A DNA stretch of 63,140 bases, the filler included, from Collodictyon triciliatum (lineage: Eukaryota): the NCBI GenBank assembly GCA_043381765.1. It is 6 parts of 6 records of this genome, joined end to end, with 100 filler letters (N's around TTAATTAATTAA, not from the genome) between each part and the next. Parts side by side here need not be neighbours in the genome. Positions count along the whole stretch, not along the records: positions 1 to 23,189 come from JBHJMP010000599.1; positions 23,290 to 31,262 come from JBHJMP010000602.1; positions 31,363 to 39,356 come from JBHJMP010000603.1; 3 more parts are not named here. One strand, given 5' to 3'. Positions 13,547 through 33,215 of the stretch are shown piece by piece. The notes beneath the pieces were generated by a model that had not been told where the DNA came from, searched no databases, and saw only the letters and a program-made list of their open reading frames with translations. Positions within the stretch are counted from its first letter, which is position 1, and each line of letters begins with the position of its first letter. Position numbers and translations under genes: made by a program.

Positions 13547-13789
13547 TCAAAAGCAACGTAAGTGTAAAATGGTGTATACTCCGTGAGTAAATGCGCTGCA
13601 TATTACCGTCGCAAATCCAACCCTTTGGAGAATCGGGTTATGCCTCAGGGTAATGCGAGTCAGCGGTAGCATGGGTGCATAAAAAAGGGGGACTACCAGC
13701 AGTGGACTTGGACCTTGCTTCGACAGTTGGTATTGCTTCTTTGCCAGTTGGCGCTCTGCTTCTGCATCTAGGACTGTATTGGCGCTCAT
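13547..13789 (-). CDS. Small hydrophobic protein of unknown function (paralog B)
   Basis: PLFYAPMLPLTRITLRHNPILQRVGFATVICSAFTHGVYTI; protein-level conservation with paralog A despite DNA divergence. Confidence 0.75.
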   Translation of the reverse strand: MSANTVLDAEAERQLAKKQYQLSKQGPSPLLVVPLFYAPMLPLTRITLRHNPILQRVGFATVICSAFTHGVYTILHLRCF

Positions 13790-14848
13790 CCTCGAAACTG
13801 ATTCGGCGTATTTTAAGTTTTAATAATGTTAAAAAGATATCGAAATCGCAAGTGTTTGGACGATATGGCTTAGGATGGTGACAGAATCAGCCACTGATTA
13901 CTAGCGGAGTCTGCAGCATCATCTCCTGACATAAAAAGTGTCTCGAATCTAATCATTTCGCATTTTTGATTATGAAATGCGACTTTATCTTATAAGTGGG
14001 GCCATTAACTATTTGTTGCAAACACAAAGACACCCCAAATCCCGCTCGAAGGCTCCTCTGCAGCCCATATACCGGCGTCAGGGGTTTAACCGCCCGCTAC
14101 AATTAGCCTATTGGGTGGATGATTTCCATTTACGGAATTATTAGAATTAAGATTATATATTAATATTAATCGGATTAATGGATAGTATAGACATAAATCA
14201 TATGAGCATATAATAATTGTATATATACATAATGTTTCCATTACTTTGTGGTTTTACATAATTAGTAAATTTCACTGAATCTACCATGAGTGCGTCCCAA
14301 AACACCCAGTCAATACATGATTTTGAATTTCCACGAGAATACTCCAGTGATCAAACACATCAACGCGTCGAATACACTGGCGGACGTGGCCTATTATGTG
14401 CGGGTGGCGGAGTGGCTCCGGTGCGGGGGTGCGATCGGCGATGGGCAGAGAGATTTTTATATACATGCAGAGAGAGAGAGAGAGAGTGGCACACACTCGG
14501 AGGGCCCCTTAAGCGACGCGGACGACTCTTCGTCGTGTTCTCGGATCATGTTAGAGCGATCCAGCCCACACGGACAGGGCGATCACCTGTTGCGCAGCCT
14601 CTGCATGAAGCCTTGCCAAAAAAAAAAAAAACAAAAAACAAAAACTTTGTCGGGCCACAAGGCCGGCATTCAGAGTCACAGCTCTTGTTGTACCCTGTAA
14701 ATGTGTTCCCGCTTACTTCTGAGGCAGCTTGAGCCGCGCTCTATCTCCTCCTGCTTTGCTCCTCCCTTTTCCTTTCTTCTCGGCTTGAGTCTGCGGCACC
14801 CGCAAAAACTCACCTGCACGTGACACAGATCCTTTCGAAATCATCAGC

Positions 14849-16710
14849 ATGGAGTCCAACGGAGCCGGTAAACAAGGCCGCATCAAACAAGTGGAAAAGA
14901 TCCTCGCCAACAACAAGGACCTTGTGAGCTGACTTTGATATTTTTGCCTCTATTTATCTTGTCAGTGGTAACGCAAACACTTGTATATGCAGAGGTACTA
15001 AACTGGTTTCTCCACACTCCCCAGGTTCTCTTCTTGCAGGACATTCTCCTGTGGAATCTCCCTGGCCTCTTCTTGGGCCTGCTTGCTGCTTTTACCTTCT
15101 ACTATGTGTAAGTCTCAGACTTTTCCTCTGATCTGTAACCACTCGTTTGGTCGTTTTCGCTTTGCCTTGTGCTTCACCAATCGGCTCTGGGGACTCAGTC
15201 ACAATGCTTTCTGACACACTGTGCTTACTTTACTGCAGGTCGCTATTCTACTCAGAGTCCACCATCCTCAGCAACCTTACGCTCCTGATCATGTTTGGCC
15301 TGATCGTTCGTTTCCTCTACGACATCTCTTTGGTCTCGCACAAGAAGCAGCTCGTATGCTAATCTCGATCCTACCTGCCTGTTTTTTTTTTTCTTATGTG
15401 TGTAATCTTGTGCCAACATGCCGTGACACTTTCTCTCTCGTCAAGGGCGAACAAAACAAAACAAAACAAAACAAAACAAAACAAAACAAAACAAAACAAA
15501 ACAAAACAAAACAAAACAAAACAAAACAAAACAAAACAAAACAAAACAAAACAAAACAAAAACGCGTCTTGGATGCCTACCATAACTCCTCATCTTTTTC
15601 TGCCAGAATGCTGCGATTGTTAACTTCCACAAGTCCCATGCTCGTAAGAATGTCGACCCCTACTCCATCTCTGAGTTGGCTGCTATCGCTATCAAGATCG
15701 AGGAGCTCCCAGTTCAGATCGTCGGCTACTTTGACGGAATCAAGAGCAAGAGCAATTCTTTCGTATGTTATCTATGAAACATGTATGTGTATACGTTTCT
15801 TATTATGTTTCCTATTTGGATGAGCTGATTTCGTATGTTCACCATATCAATGGTACTTACAATACTGTCAAATACATAGTTTTCTGGACTCCTCATTCTG
15901 ATCCTTTATGGGCTTTCCTTCTTGTTTGACCTTCTCCCTGGTGCTATTTTCTTCTACTTAGTGGGTAAGTATGATATAAAACTGCTTATAAGTGCTCCAT
16001 TCTCCAGCCACATAGAGTATCAATCGTATTTTTGTAATACGATGCACCCACCCAAAGCTGAAAGCGTGCCTTTATACCCTGCTTTCATACAAAGTCATTC
16101 TAAATCTGAATCTCCCAGACGTATTTACCTTAGCAATTAAAGCTAACACGCTTTTCTGAACAGGAATCTTAGTTCTTTGCACCCCTCGCATCTACCGCAG
16201 CGACTACCACCTCGTCTTCTACAAGTACACTACATCGGACCCTAACAGATATGAATACACTTTCAACACCACGCAACATATCAGCTCACTTGACACTATC
16301 ACAGGAAAACCGTGGATGCCATTCTTCTGGCCGACAGCTTCATCCCCCGTGCCGCAGCCGTCAGCGGAAACGTGCAGCAACGCACACTCAAGGATCTCCA
16401 ACAGATGGCCACTGAGGGCATCACAAACGCTTCGGCCGCCCTTCAGGAGGGGTACCAGCAGGCCCGCCACCAGATCGAACACGTGAAGGATAACCTGCCC
16501 CAATACATCGAGCAGGCCCAGCGCGAGGTCAAGGAGCAATCCAAGATCATCGTTCAAGACCTGCAGAAGCAGGCCGAAGTCCTAGCCCAGAACGTCCAAC
16601 AGGAGGTCCAGGAGCAGCTTTCCAACCCAGAGAACCAGAAGGCGCTCTATGAGGCCGCCATTTCCATTGCGCAGACATCCTCTGCCCAGCCCGACGAGGA
16701 ATCCAAGTAA
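14849..16710 (+). CDS. Reticulon-homology-domain ER-shaping protein (ARL6IP1/RETREG-like), 7 exons, Q/E-rich helical tail
   Basis: KQVEKILANNKDL|VLFLQDILLWNLPGLFLGLLAAF..., two long hydrophobic hairpins, then LVLCTPRIY; GT-AG phases consistent. Confidence 0.75.
15450..15563. repeat. (AAAAC)n intronic microsatellite
   Basis: Seen directly. Confidence 0.95.
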
Positions 16711-17393
16711 GGGAGATGCTTCATGCATGTCTCTGCTGCCCTTCATCCCGCCGCACCAGAAACCGCAGCCAAAAGAAAATCGCATCCATCCATCCAAAAT
16801 GCATATCTCCTCCACTCTTTATTTCCCACTTTCCCTTCACGCCCCTTATCCTTCACTCCATGGCCATGTTCTTGTGTCTTCTCCTTGCATTCACGAGCAA
16901 CTTGAGGACGCCGGTCAGAAGCCACGCAAAGACGCGGCGGGCGCATACACACTCTTTTTTAGCCGGGCCCTTGGATTTTGCCGTTCAGGAAGAGGAGAAT
17001 GCTTGACTTGGCCCCTCTCGAGGTCACCCGAATAAACTCTCCATCCCCTGAGTTCCCCCTCGTGTCCAGTGCATCAACCCTTCCTGGTGATGCCGCGCCC
17101 AAACACCACGCACAGCAGCAGATTTTAGAAGGGTTCCTTGATTCAAGCTGCTGCCACGAGTGCGAGATTGGGAGCGTTCTGCCTACGCCGACAATCATCA
17201 CCCTACCGAAAGAACGTGAATTGGCCTAGAATATGCTTTTATGAATGCATTCACTAAACAGCAATCATTCTCGCGTCAAATAGTCCGCTGGTCGGGCGCA
17301 GACAGCGCGTCCTCTCCTCTGCAATCGGAATCCGCGGGTAGAAGTTGCCGTTTGTACATGTCCTGTGGCTGCATCGCACAGAGAGGCGGGGTG

Positions 17394-18439
17394 TTATGGA
17401 TGCGGTGAATATGACAGAAAGGCAAGCGGAAGCTGATCGAAGGAGGCGGGCGGCTCTCCTGCGCAGCACAGATATTTGCCGCCGTCTTCAAAGTCCTGTA
17501 GTGTCCGGATGATAGTTGAGCGATCTTGCCGGTAGACCTACATGCGTGTTGCAGATTTGAACGGGCATCCAGAAAAAAATACCACATAAATAAGAAAGGT
17601 CAATGAGGCATATCATAGTACACTGCGTTCTATGAATGATACTATGGAGAAAGGAGGTGGAGAAAAGATTTGGCTAGCATGATGGTAATATATGCCAAGA
17701 TTATTGTTGCTTTTATTGCCTACTTTTTTAACTGCTCCGGTGCACAATTTCAAAATCCTCGTCATGTCATCCAACACCTGCTGGAGATTCTTGTAATGCC
17801 CCTTGACTATCATAGACTCACCTTCGTGATGCTTGTCACCTTACATACAAGGAAAAGAAAATAAAAATAAAAAAAAGACAAACTCCGTAAAGGTCTTGTT
17901 AGCGAATGCGTGTCAAGTGCATCTCAGCCATCCAATATATAAATTAAATAAAAATGAATAATCAGGGGAGGATGAAAGCGCAGTCAGGGAAAGTACCGTT
18001 TCGGAAGATTGTTACCACAGGCGGCTTTTTTACAACGGAGCCACTCCGCGGCTTTTGAATTGGGGAGGAAAGCCCACCCCGTTTTCTATCGAGCCGCGAA
18101 GTGGACTGGACATAAGGATCACGAGTTGCAGAACACGTCCAACCTGTTGAATTATCGCCAGGCTTTAGAGACTCATCCTGGCTTCAAAGTGGCGGATGCA
18201 GCAGGCTGGTGAGACACAAACCCGAAAACTCAACCACGTCCTCTCGGCCGGCCAAGCCTCGTCCGTGTCCCTCGTGGTCGAACCGCTCCCTGTGAGAGCC
18301 CTATACAAACGCTGTCACTCTAAGAAGCACAATAACCAACAGGACAGACAAAAGCGTCCACACACAGCAAATCAACTAGGCAAACCGTGAAAGAGGCAGG
18401 ATCTGCGAGCCGCTCAAAGATGCTTGCCTTTTGGGACAT
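17394..18439 (-). CDS. Apicortin (partial p25alpha/TPPP domain + doublecortin domain), 5 exons, 179 aa
   Basis: Exons 18439-18386, 18300-18222, 18143-17997, 17839-17724, 17537-17394 splice in frame: SIFERLADPASFTGSHRERFDHEGHGRGLAGRED ... TIFRNGDKHHEG ... TGAVKKVY ... FEDGGKYLCCAGEPP. Confidence 0.92.
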
Positions 18440-19325
18440 AAAGCTCCCTGGTGCGCTCGTGTATTCGAAGGAGGCTTGGGTTTGCGAAGAGGAGCGAGCA
18501 AGGAACAAATCTGGCGTGGGCAACGAAGAGTCACTCCATTAAGTCGAGAGTGCCACTTGCTGAGGTTGGCCATCCACCATCCTGAACTCCATGTTGCTTA
18601 TCCCCAATTTTTTTCTTGATTGTTTTGTTTTGCTTGACCCTTGGATCGAGTTCTGGACTCAGTGTAAGTCACGGACGGCTCGGTGAGAAAATACCAGTGC
18701 TGCGGCCAATTTCTAATGAGCTTCGCGCAATAATCTGCGTACAGCAGTGATTAACACCTTCTCATAGTTTCTTTTTTGATAGCAATTTATCTCATGGTTA
18801 AATAGATTTATAAGTAAATCAAGGAAGGAAAGAGAAGTGGAAAAGAAAATGATAAACGGGTGATGAAAATAGAACAGTGGATTCCCCCGACTATCTTGAT
18901 TATCTTTGAGATTTTGAAGCTTGTGTTTCAAGTGGAGTAGGTAATATAGGGAAAGGAGCATGACAACGAGTGAGCGTGTTTGGAAACGATTTCGGTTCCA
19001 TGTTATTTTTTGTCTCCTTTTCTCGGGACAAAACTCGTAGTCCTGCCGAATAGCAAGTGTAGGAGAATAACAACACGCCACGAATTTTTCTGGCGAGGCG
19101 AGAGGGAAAGACCGATAAACAGCTCTCCATAAAGCAGAAGCAAAGAGCTAGGCGCCGCATTTTACATTCCGTCTGCTATTTTCGTTATTTTTCTCTTTTT
19201 TTAAAAAAGGATTATGTGTTTTCATAGACGTCATTAAAAATGACCGAGTGATATTAATAGATACTTGGTATGGAGAATATGTTAAAATGGCAAACAAAAA
19301 AACAAAAAAGAAACAACAAAATACC

Positions 19326-19867
19326 CTTTCCCTCTACTCCAGTTCCAGACGTCATATTTAATCTACCAGAGAGCGGGCTGTGATGTTCATTCGTCTCTTG
19401 TAGCCTAGGCAGGGTTCGCATTCTTTCTGATTCATGCAGAGACACTTGATGGCGAACTCTAACGTGGTTTTCATCCCACCATTTAAGGCAAGCCTGTTTT
19501 ATGTGGGTCGTAGGGATTAGAAGGGGAAATACGAGTTTTTTTTCTTATTAATTCAAAATATTTCTTGATATATATGACAAATCCTCTATCGTTATGTTTT
19601 TATTTCCTTTTTTTTTTATGGCAGATAGACTTCCTTAGAACCATCTAAGGGGTTGATATAATACCTCTTCTGAGTATATATTTTTGATGAAGCCAACAGC
19701 TTGTATGGTGAATGAATGCCCAGGTATGTCGTATGCAACGTAGGCGATGATGGAGTCCTTCAAGAGAAATCAACGCCATTTAAACATATGCAATGGAACT
19801 TGAATCCTGCAACTAAAATATGGACGCACTACGGGTAATATTGGGACATATAAACATCTTAACCAGT

Positions 19868-19966
<99 letters not shown>

Positions 19967-20066
19967 NNNNNNNNNNNNNNNNNNNNNNNNNNNNNNNNNN
20001 NNNNNNNNNNNNNNNNNNNNNNNNNNNNNNNNNNNNNNNNNNNNNNNNNNNNNNNNNNNNNNNNNN

Positions 20067-20162
<96 letters not shown>

Positions 20163-22529
20163 CTCGAAGAAATGCGGTTCCAAATACATAAATACTTCTT
20201 GTGTGAGTTCTCTAAATGTGGCGACGTTCAAAAGCCTCCAATTCACTACTTTTGGGAGGTACTCAAATCTATACGCTGGTAACTGTACCCATAAAGAATA
20301 CTTAGAAGATGACGTGGACATATCAATTCAAGATAAGTTATGCCAAAATACAATGCTTTCATATATAAATTACAGGCTTTTTAGGCAACCTACCCCATTA
20401 TGTTGCATATGGTCGGTATGTTCCAACGCCACCATCTCATTGGTATATAATGATTGTTGAGTGAGTTGCTGTTGGTTGTGTATATGTTGTATCTGCTTTA
20501 TTTGTTGAAACTGTTGGAGTTGTTGGAGCTGTTGGAGTTGTTGAAGATGTTGGAGCTGTTGCTGCTGTTGCATCTGTAACTGTAATTGTTGTTGGAGCTG
20601 AAGCTGCTGTTGATGCTGCTGGGAAATAGATTGCTCCGACATTTGAGCCAGTAGATGCCCCTGGATGGCGGCGTGACGGGGGTCAGGTGTCATCGATGAG
20701 TGCGTTGGGAGGCCACCCATAATACCGTCTTGAGTTCTTCGCGCCCGATTTTGAGATAAAGATGGGGGATCTGGCTTCGAGTACATGGTCATTGAGTCTA
20801 GCGTGTATTGTGGCAGGGACGAGCGCTCCGCGTAAGTAGGTTCCGGTATGGGCTTTTGTAAGGCCTTTGGTTCATCTGACCTTTTAGCTAGAAAGATAGA
20901 GTCCTGTGATGTGTAATGGCTGCTAATATTGCCATCCTCATTTCCTCCATCCGAGGAAATCGCTGTTTCACTAATACCATAGCGGAATTCATCCGAGCCA
21001 GATCTTTGACCGAAATCTCTGGTCTGACTCAAGGGGACCAGATTTGAAGATTTACTTGTCGAAACCCTAGCAACTCCAACAGAAGTCACAGGCGAGGATT
21101 CAATAGCTGAGGGTAAGTTTGTGATTGACGTCCCATACGGAAAATCAAGACCACCGGAAATGGCACCAGCTGAGGCGGTGTGGTAGTCCTCGGCGTGGTA
21201 GATGTTCCTTCCGACTGATGTGGTTAGCAGCTTTTCCTTAAAAAAATGTTAAAATTTGTGTCGGTTATTATTATTTTTTTAAAAAAAGCACCATTGAATC
21301 AAGATATTATATTAGATATTCGTGGCTTTACAGGGGCTACTTGGTGATGCGAAGTAGATGCAATTTCTTCTTTTGAGGCAACATATTCCCTCCATACACT
21401 GATAACCTGAATTGAATTTACAGATTGACAATGGTGAGTTGGACTTTGTCTTACTCATGAAAAAATAGGACCTTACAATTCTTGTTTTAAAATAAACCAT
21501 TGATTATTTCAATGAAACAACCTCTGGCTTGATTCGCGTGAAGTAGGAGGCATTAGGTTCTAGAACAACAAATCCATTGACTACACGCTCAGGCTTTGTA
21601 CTTCCTTCCTTCAAGATTTCTACAAATGGGCTCCACCTTGATGAAAAATCAAGTCGACAGCCATTTATAAGATAACAACAGAGTAAATAGTGTATCAATT
21701 TAGCGAGTTTATGCAAGCTGTGCGAAAAATTCGAAATATATCCTGAATGTAGATGATTTTTACAGCAAACGTTTCAAAGATACCAATATTTTCATGCATT
21801 ATCAGAAGGGAATAAAGAGAGGGTGTATAATTTTGGCGTGTGCAAGAATATGACGAATACAATTCACAATGTCCGGGCCGAATTAAATAAATTTATAAAG
21901 TTATAAAGTTTTGATTCCAACTATTGCGTAAGTGGAATATTAACTGAAAAAAAAGTACCTCCCAAACTGTTTAGCAACGAACAGGCGATTCTTTGTAAGT
22001 AAGCGGAATCGATCACCATCAATACTCACGGTGAATTGCTTTGTAACTCGAGTTTGTATTTTTGGCGTGCGATTGCGCTTGGGTGATAAGTCTATGACAA
22101 ACATACATTTTCATAATATATACACAGGGAAAAAAAGTTAATGAATTCACAATTATTTGAAAGTAGCGGCTAAGCTATATGTATCCAACAAAAAGGAAAA
22201 TGAGGTAGCAAAATCCAAAGCGGTGTAGGTGTGTTTTTGTGAGGATGGAGGACATGTGGCGCGCGAATGATTTATGCTTTCATACAGGCTTCGGTGGTGG
22301 GGTTCATAGGTGAAAAGAATGTGGAAGGGAAAACAGAGAAAACAAATATACGCGTCGCCTTCGTACTTTCAGCTTCATCTTTTTGACTCTCAATCAAGAC
22401 ATGATCGGGCTTGTCCTGTGAATCGGCGTTGCTTCTTCTTCGAGCCCCTTCATGCGGTATGGCACTTGCTGCTTCCAGCGGCAGAGGCTGCTCGTCTGCT
22501 GTGTTGGGCAGAAAGGCAATATTGTCCAT
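19326..22529 (-). CDS. Multi-exon hypothetical protein with S/P-rich region and polyQ tract; 3' end uncertain (may reach ~18700)
   Basis: Long exon ~21237-20392 with QQHQQQLQLQQQ...; flanking GT-AG exons with open frames; no recognised domain. Confidence 0.6.
19869..20158. repeat. (AAC)n and poly(A) flanking a gap, intronic
   Basis: Seen directly. Confidence 0.95.
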
Positions 22530-23289
22530 CGAAGACCACCGGCTAAAAGAAAAGGTAGGATGTTGCGAATTGACGGGGCGATGATAGGTTCGGTAGAATA
22601 ATACAGCATAGCCGCTTTAAAGCCCGGGCGTATTGTGTTTACAGAAGTGATGCTTTTTTTTTATTAATGTATTATGAATAAAAAAAAAAGCATCAAGAGG
22701 CGAGTGAAAAAAAACACAAAGAATGGCGCGGCACTCTAATGTTTAGACGCGTTCGGATGGCTGACAAAAGCGCCTTTTTCATTCACAGTCACTCTTGCTC
22801 TTCACGCCGACTTGTATGCCAGGCAACTCAGGAAGCGCACATAAATAAACGCTTGTCTGGATGGTCTGTGTCTCCGTGGCTTTTCTCCGTATCCTGCGAT
22901 TCTCGCCCGTTCTTCCCTTGTGATGAAAACGATCAAAAATCAAGAATCAAAAGGAACAAAAAATAGGACGAACATTTTTGGAATATATAATTAATTGGAA
23001 AATGTCTGTGTGCGGTGGCATTTTCTATGTTTTCATTCTTTGATTCGCAAATGAAAGCTCCAATTTCAGTCGCGGCGGGCACCGTGATACAACAAATCAA
23101 AAAACAAATAAAAAAAACACAACAAAAAAACACAAATAAAAAAAAACACAAATAAAAAAACACAAATAAAAAAAAACACAAATAAAAAANNNNNNNNNNN
23201 NNNNNNNNNNNNNNNNNNNNNNNNNNNNNNNNNTTAATTAATTAANNNNNNNNNNNNNNNNNNNNNNNNNNNNNNNNNNNNNNNNNNNN

Positions 23290-23502
23290 CTGTATTCTAT
23301 TCTGTATTATATTCTGTATTATATTCTGTATTCTATTCTGTATTCTATTCTGTATTCTATTCTGTATTCTATTCTGTATTCTATTCTGTATTCTATTCTG
23401 TATTCTATTCTGTATTCTATTCTGTATTCTATTCTGTATTCTATTCTGTATTCTATTCTGTATTCTATTCAGTATTGTATTCAGTATTGTATTCAGTATT
23501 GT
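23290..23502. repeat. (TATTC/TGTATTC)n microsatellite
   Basis: Seen directly. Confidence 0.95.
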
Positions 23503-23594
23503 AATCGTGAATCACACCTTCAACAAAACAATTATTCTTTTCACAAGTAAACAGTGCTCTCTTTATCTATTTTCACCTCCTTCGAACGATATAG

Positions 23595-30707
<7,113 letters not shown>

Positions 30708-31362
30708 TGCTACCATTGACAAAGTCTGCCAAACAACCAAGGGCTTGTGGGCGTTTGACTCCTCCAACGCATGGGCCATCAAGGACAACATGGAAACGAA
30801 ATCGTGAAATGGAATAAAATTCAAGCTCTCATCACAAAAAAAAAAAATACTATGCGTGTTTGGCGATGTTGATGCAATGTATTTCCCAGATATGGCATCG
30901 ATTGATATTTAACCTAATCAGATTATCATATGTGGAATTCTCTGGTTTTGGGGTGGATGTTTGGTATGACCTCAGACTGTGTTGGAATGCAGGCCAGACA
31001 CAAATCACCACAAATCACAATTGTGGCAACGCAAATGGCACGGCGACTGGCGGCTCTCGTGTTTGCTCAAGTGGCCACATGCGGGTCTCAGAGGAGTTCC
31101 CTGCAGCCCAACGATATTGACTCTCATATTTCTCTTTTTTTCTCATATTCCTCTTTTTCTTTTTTTTTCTCTTTTTTTCTCTTTTTTTCTCTTTTTTTCT
31201 CTTTTTTTCTCTTTTTTTCTCTTTTTTTCTCTTTTTTTCTCTTTTTATTTTCTCTTTTTTTCNNNNNNNNNNNNNNNNNNNNNNNNNNNNNNNNNNNNNN
31301 NNNNNNTTAATTAATTAANNNNNNNNNNNNNNNNNNNNNNNNNNNNNNNNNNNNNNNNNNNN

Positions 31363-33215
31363 TCATCTTGCGGTCTCCCGAAGGCGCCACACTCGCCAAC
31401 AAATGCATGCAAGAATACACACGAGCTGTCGGCGGGAAAATCAACTACGACAAGACAGATGAAATTCTTTTTGGGTTTCAGGATGGACTTATGTTTCTAG
31501 GAAACATTTTGTGGAAGCCACCGTCACATCCACTCAATTATCTTGGCATCATCTTCGATTCACAATCGGATAGCAAATGGACAAGCCTGGTTGAGGACAT
31601 CAAGTCGAAAATATCAGTGTGGAGCAACTTTCATCTTTCGGACGTTGGGAAAGTAAGGTTGTCGAACCAAGTGATGCTGTCGACCCTTATCTACAACATG
31701 AAAGGCACTTTGCTGAATCTCAAGAGGCTGAAGGGGCTGGAAGATATCTGCCGCAACTTCATCACTACGAATAATCAAAAATATAAAATCAAGACGCTCT
31801 TTAAGCCACCTACAGAGGGAGGACTGGGACTCATAACGCCTGTCATTGCATGGACATCACTCACGATGAGATGGTGGACAGATATGCTTACTCATCCGAA
31901 AGAGTTTTGGCAGCGTGGAATGTGGCATCTTATCCACCGCTTATGCCTGAACTTCAAGGCACAGCTCTGTGAGAGCAGAATCCCATCACCTTTGCCAAAC
32001 ACGCCCGAGCCGCTACTAGCGCGGTGGAAGATTCCGAATACAAACTATGAAATGTGCGAGTATATCCAACTACATGCTGGTACAGGCCAACTTTGCTGGG
32101 ATAGAGCAAAAGGCTTCTGTATCATCAAGTCGAGAGAAGGAAACAGCTCATTCATCCTGCAACAAGTCACTTTTCAAAAGGATGGAAGCTTCACACTGCC
32201 GAAAAATGCAACGATATTTCACTCCTCGAATGCAGCCCCAACCACAGCCGTCCTGAACAACAAAGGAGAATGGCGCTCACGACGTCCCATCTCATACGGA
32301 GCGTCGTCGCCATTTTTCTTTCCCCTGAAGAACCAAAGGCGGTCCATTACGCCTGATTCTCCGCAATTCTCGATGGCCACGACGTATTCTCCAAGCTGTT
32401 TCGATATAAAATCATCAGCCCGAATCCCTACAAACCGGAGAAAATGAGTCGCTGGGCCGAAACTATAGGCATTATAGCCCCGCCGATAGTCAAAAGCTGG
32501 AAGCAAGCCCGTATGCCTCAGCTACTCCCGAAACACCGCGCCTTTTGCCCAATATCTCCAACAGAGAGCTGTGGATAGGTGCGCGTGTAGTCCATGCAGC
32601 AACGACCTCTCCAGAGTGCACCATGTGCCATAGTGAAGGTGACTCTATCGAACACGCATTTGTGAAGTGCTCCCTTGCTCAAAAAGTGACAGAATCTTCC
32701 CACAAGATGCTCTCTGAGCTTGATTATGCTCCCAACCGACTCAGTGCATCTGACTTCCTGTTTGGCGCACAATACCAAATGACCCACGACTCTAGAATAC
32801 TCTGGACAGTCACAAGGGGACATATGCTGTGTCCTTATGGAGTGTGCGTGCATTCTCTCGCTCCAATGATTCACCCAACGAGAAATCAATGTATCCAGGC
32901 TTGAGAGCCTCGTGCAATACAGCTTCCTGAACAATCTGCTGAAACACACTCGCATTCTTCGCTACTCTGACCGCAAGCGAAGAGAGATGTGGGAATGTGT
33001 CGTAAGATATCTCCCACAGCATATCCAACCCCTGCTACCCACGCAGCCAATCAACCAGTTGGGTCGCCCACATGACCAGCTCGCTATCACTGACTTCTTT
33101 CCAGTGATAACCTCTCTTCACAGTGGTGTCTTCCCTTACTCGCGTTTGCTCTCTGCAATGCACTCCTATCCCGCCCCTTTGTATGGTACCTCGTTAACTT
33201 AAAATTGAATAAAGA
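31363..33215 (+). mobile_element. Decayed L1/Tx1-like LINE: RT C-terminal/thumb, zf-RVT and C-terminal tail; 5' part lost in gap
   Basis: KINYDKT, LNYLGIIF, LSDVGKVRLSNQVMLS, LFKPPTEGGLGL, CTMCHSEGDSIEHAFVKC; several frameshifts; AATAAA at ~33209. Confidence 0.9.

Noticed and set aside
14281-14732. Overlapping ORFs upstream of the reticulon gene
   Set aside because: Could not build a consistent spliced protein on either strand; a small gene is not excluded
23234-23245. TTAATTAATTAA palindrome recurring inside N runs (also ~31307, 39401, 53234, 60468)
   Set aside because: Assembler gap spacer with stops in all frames, not biology
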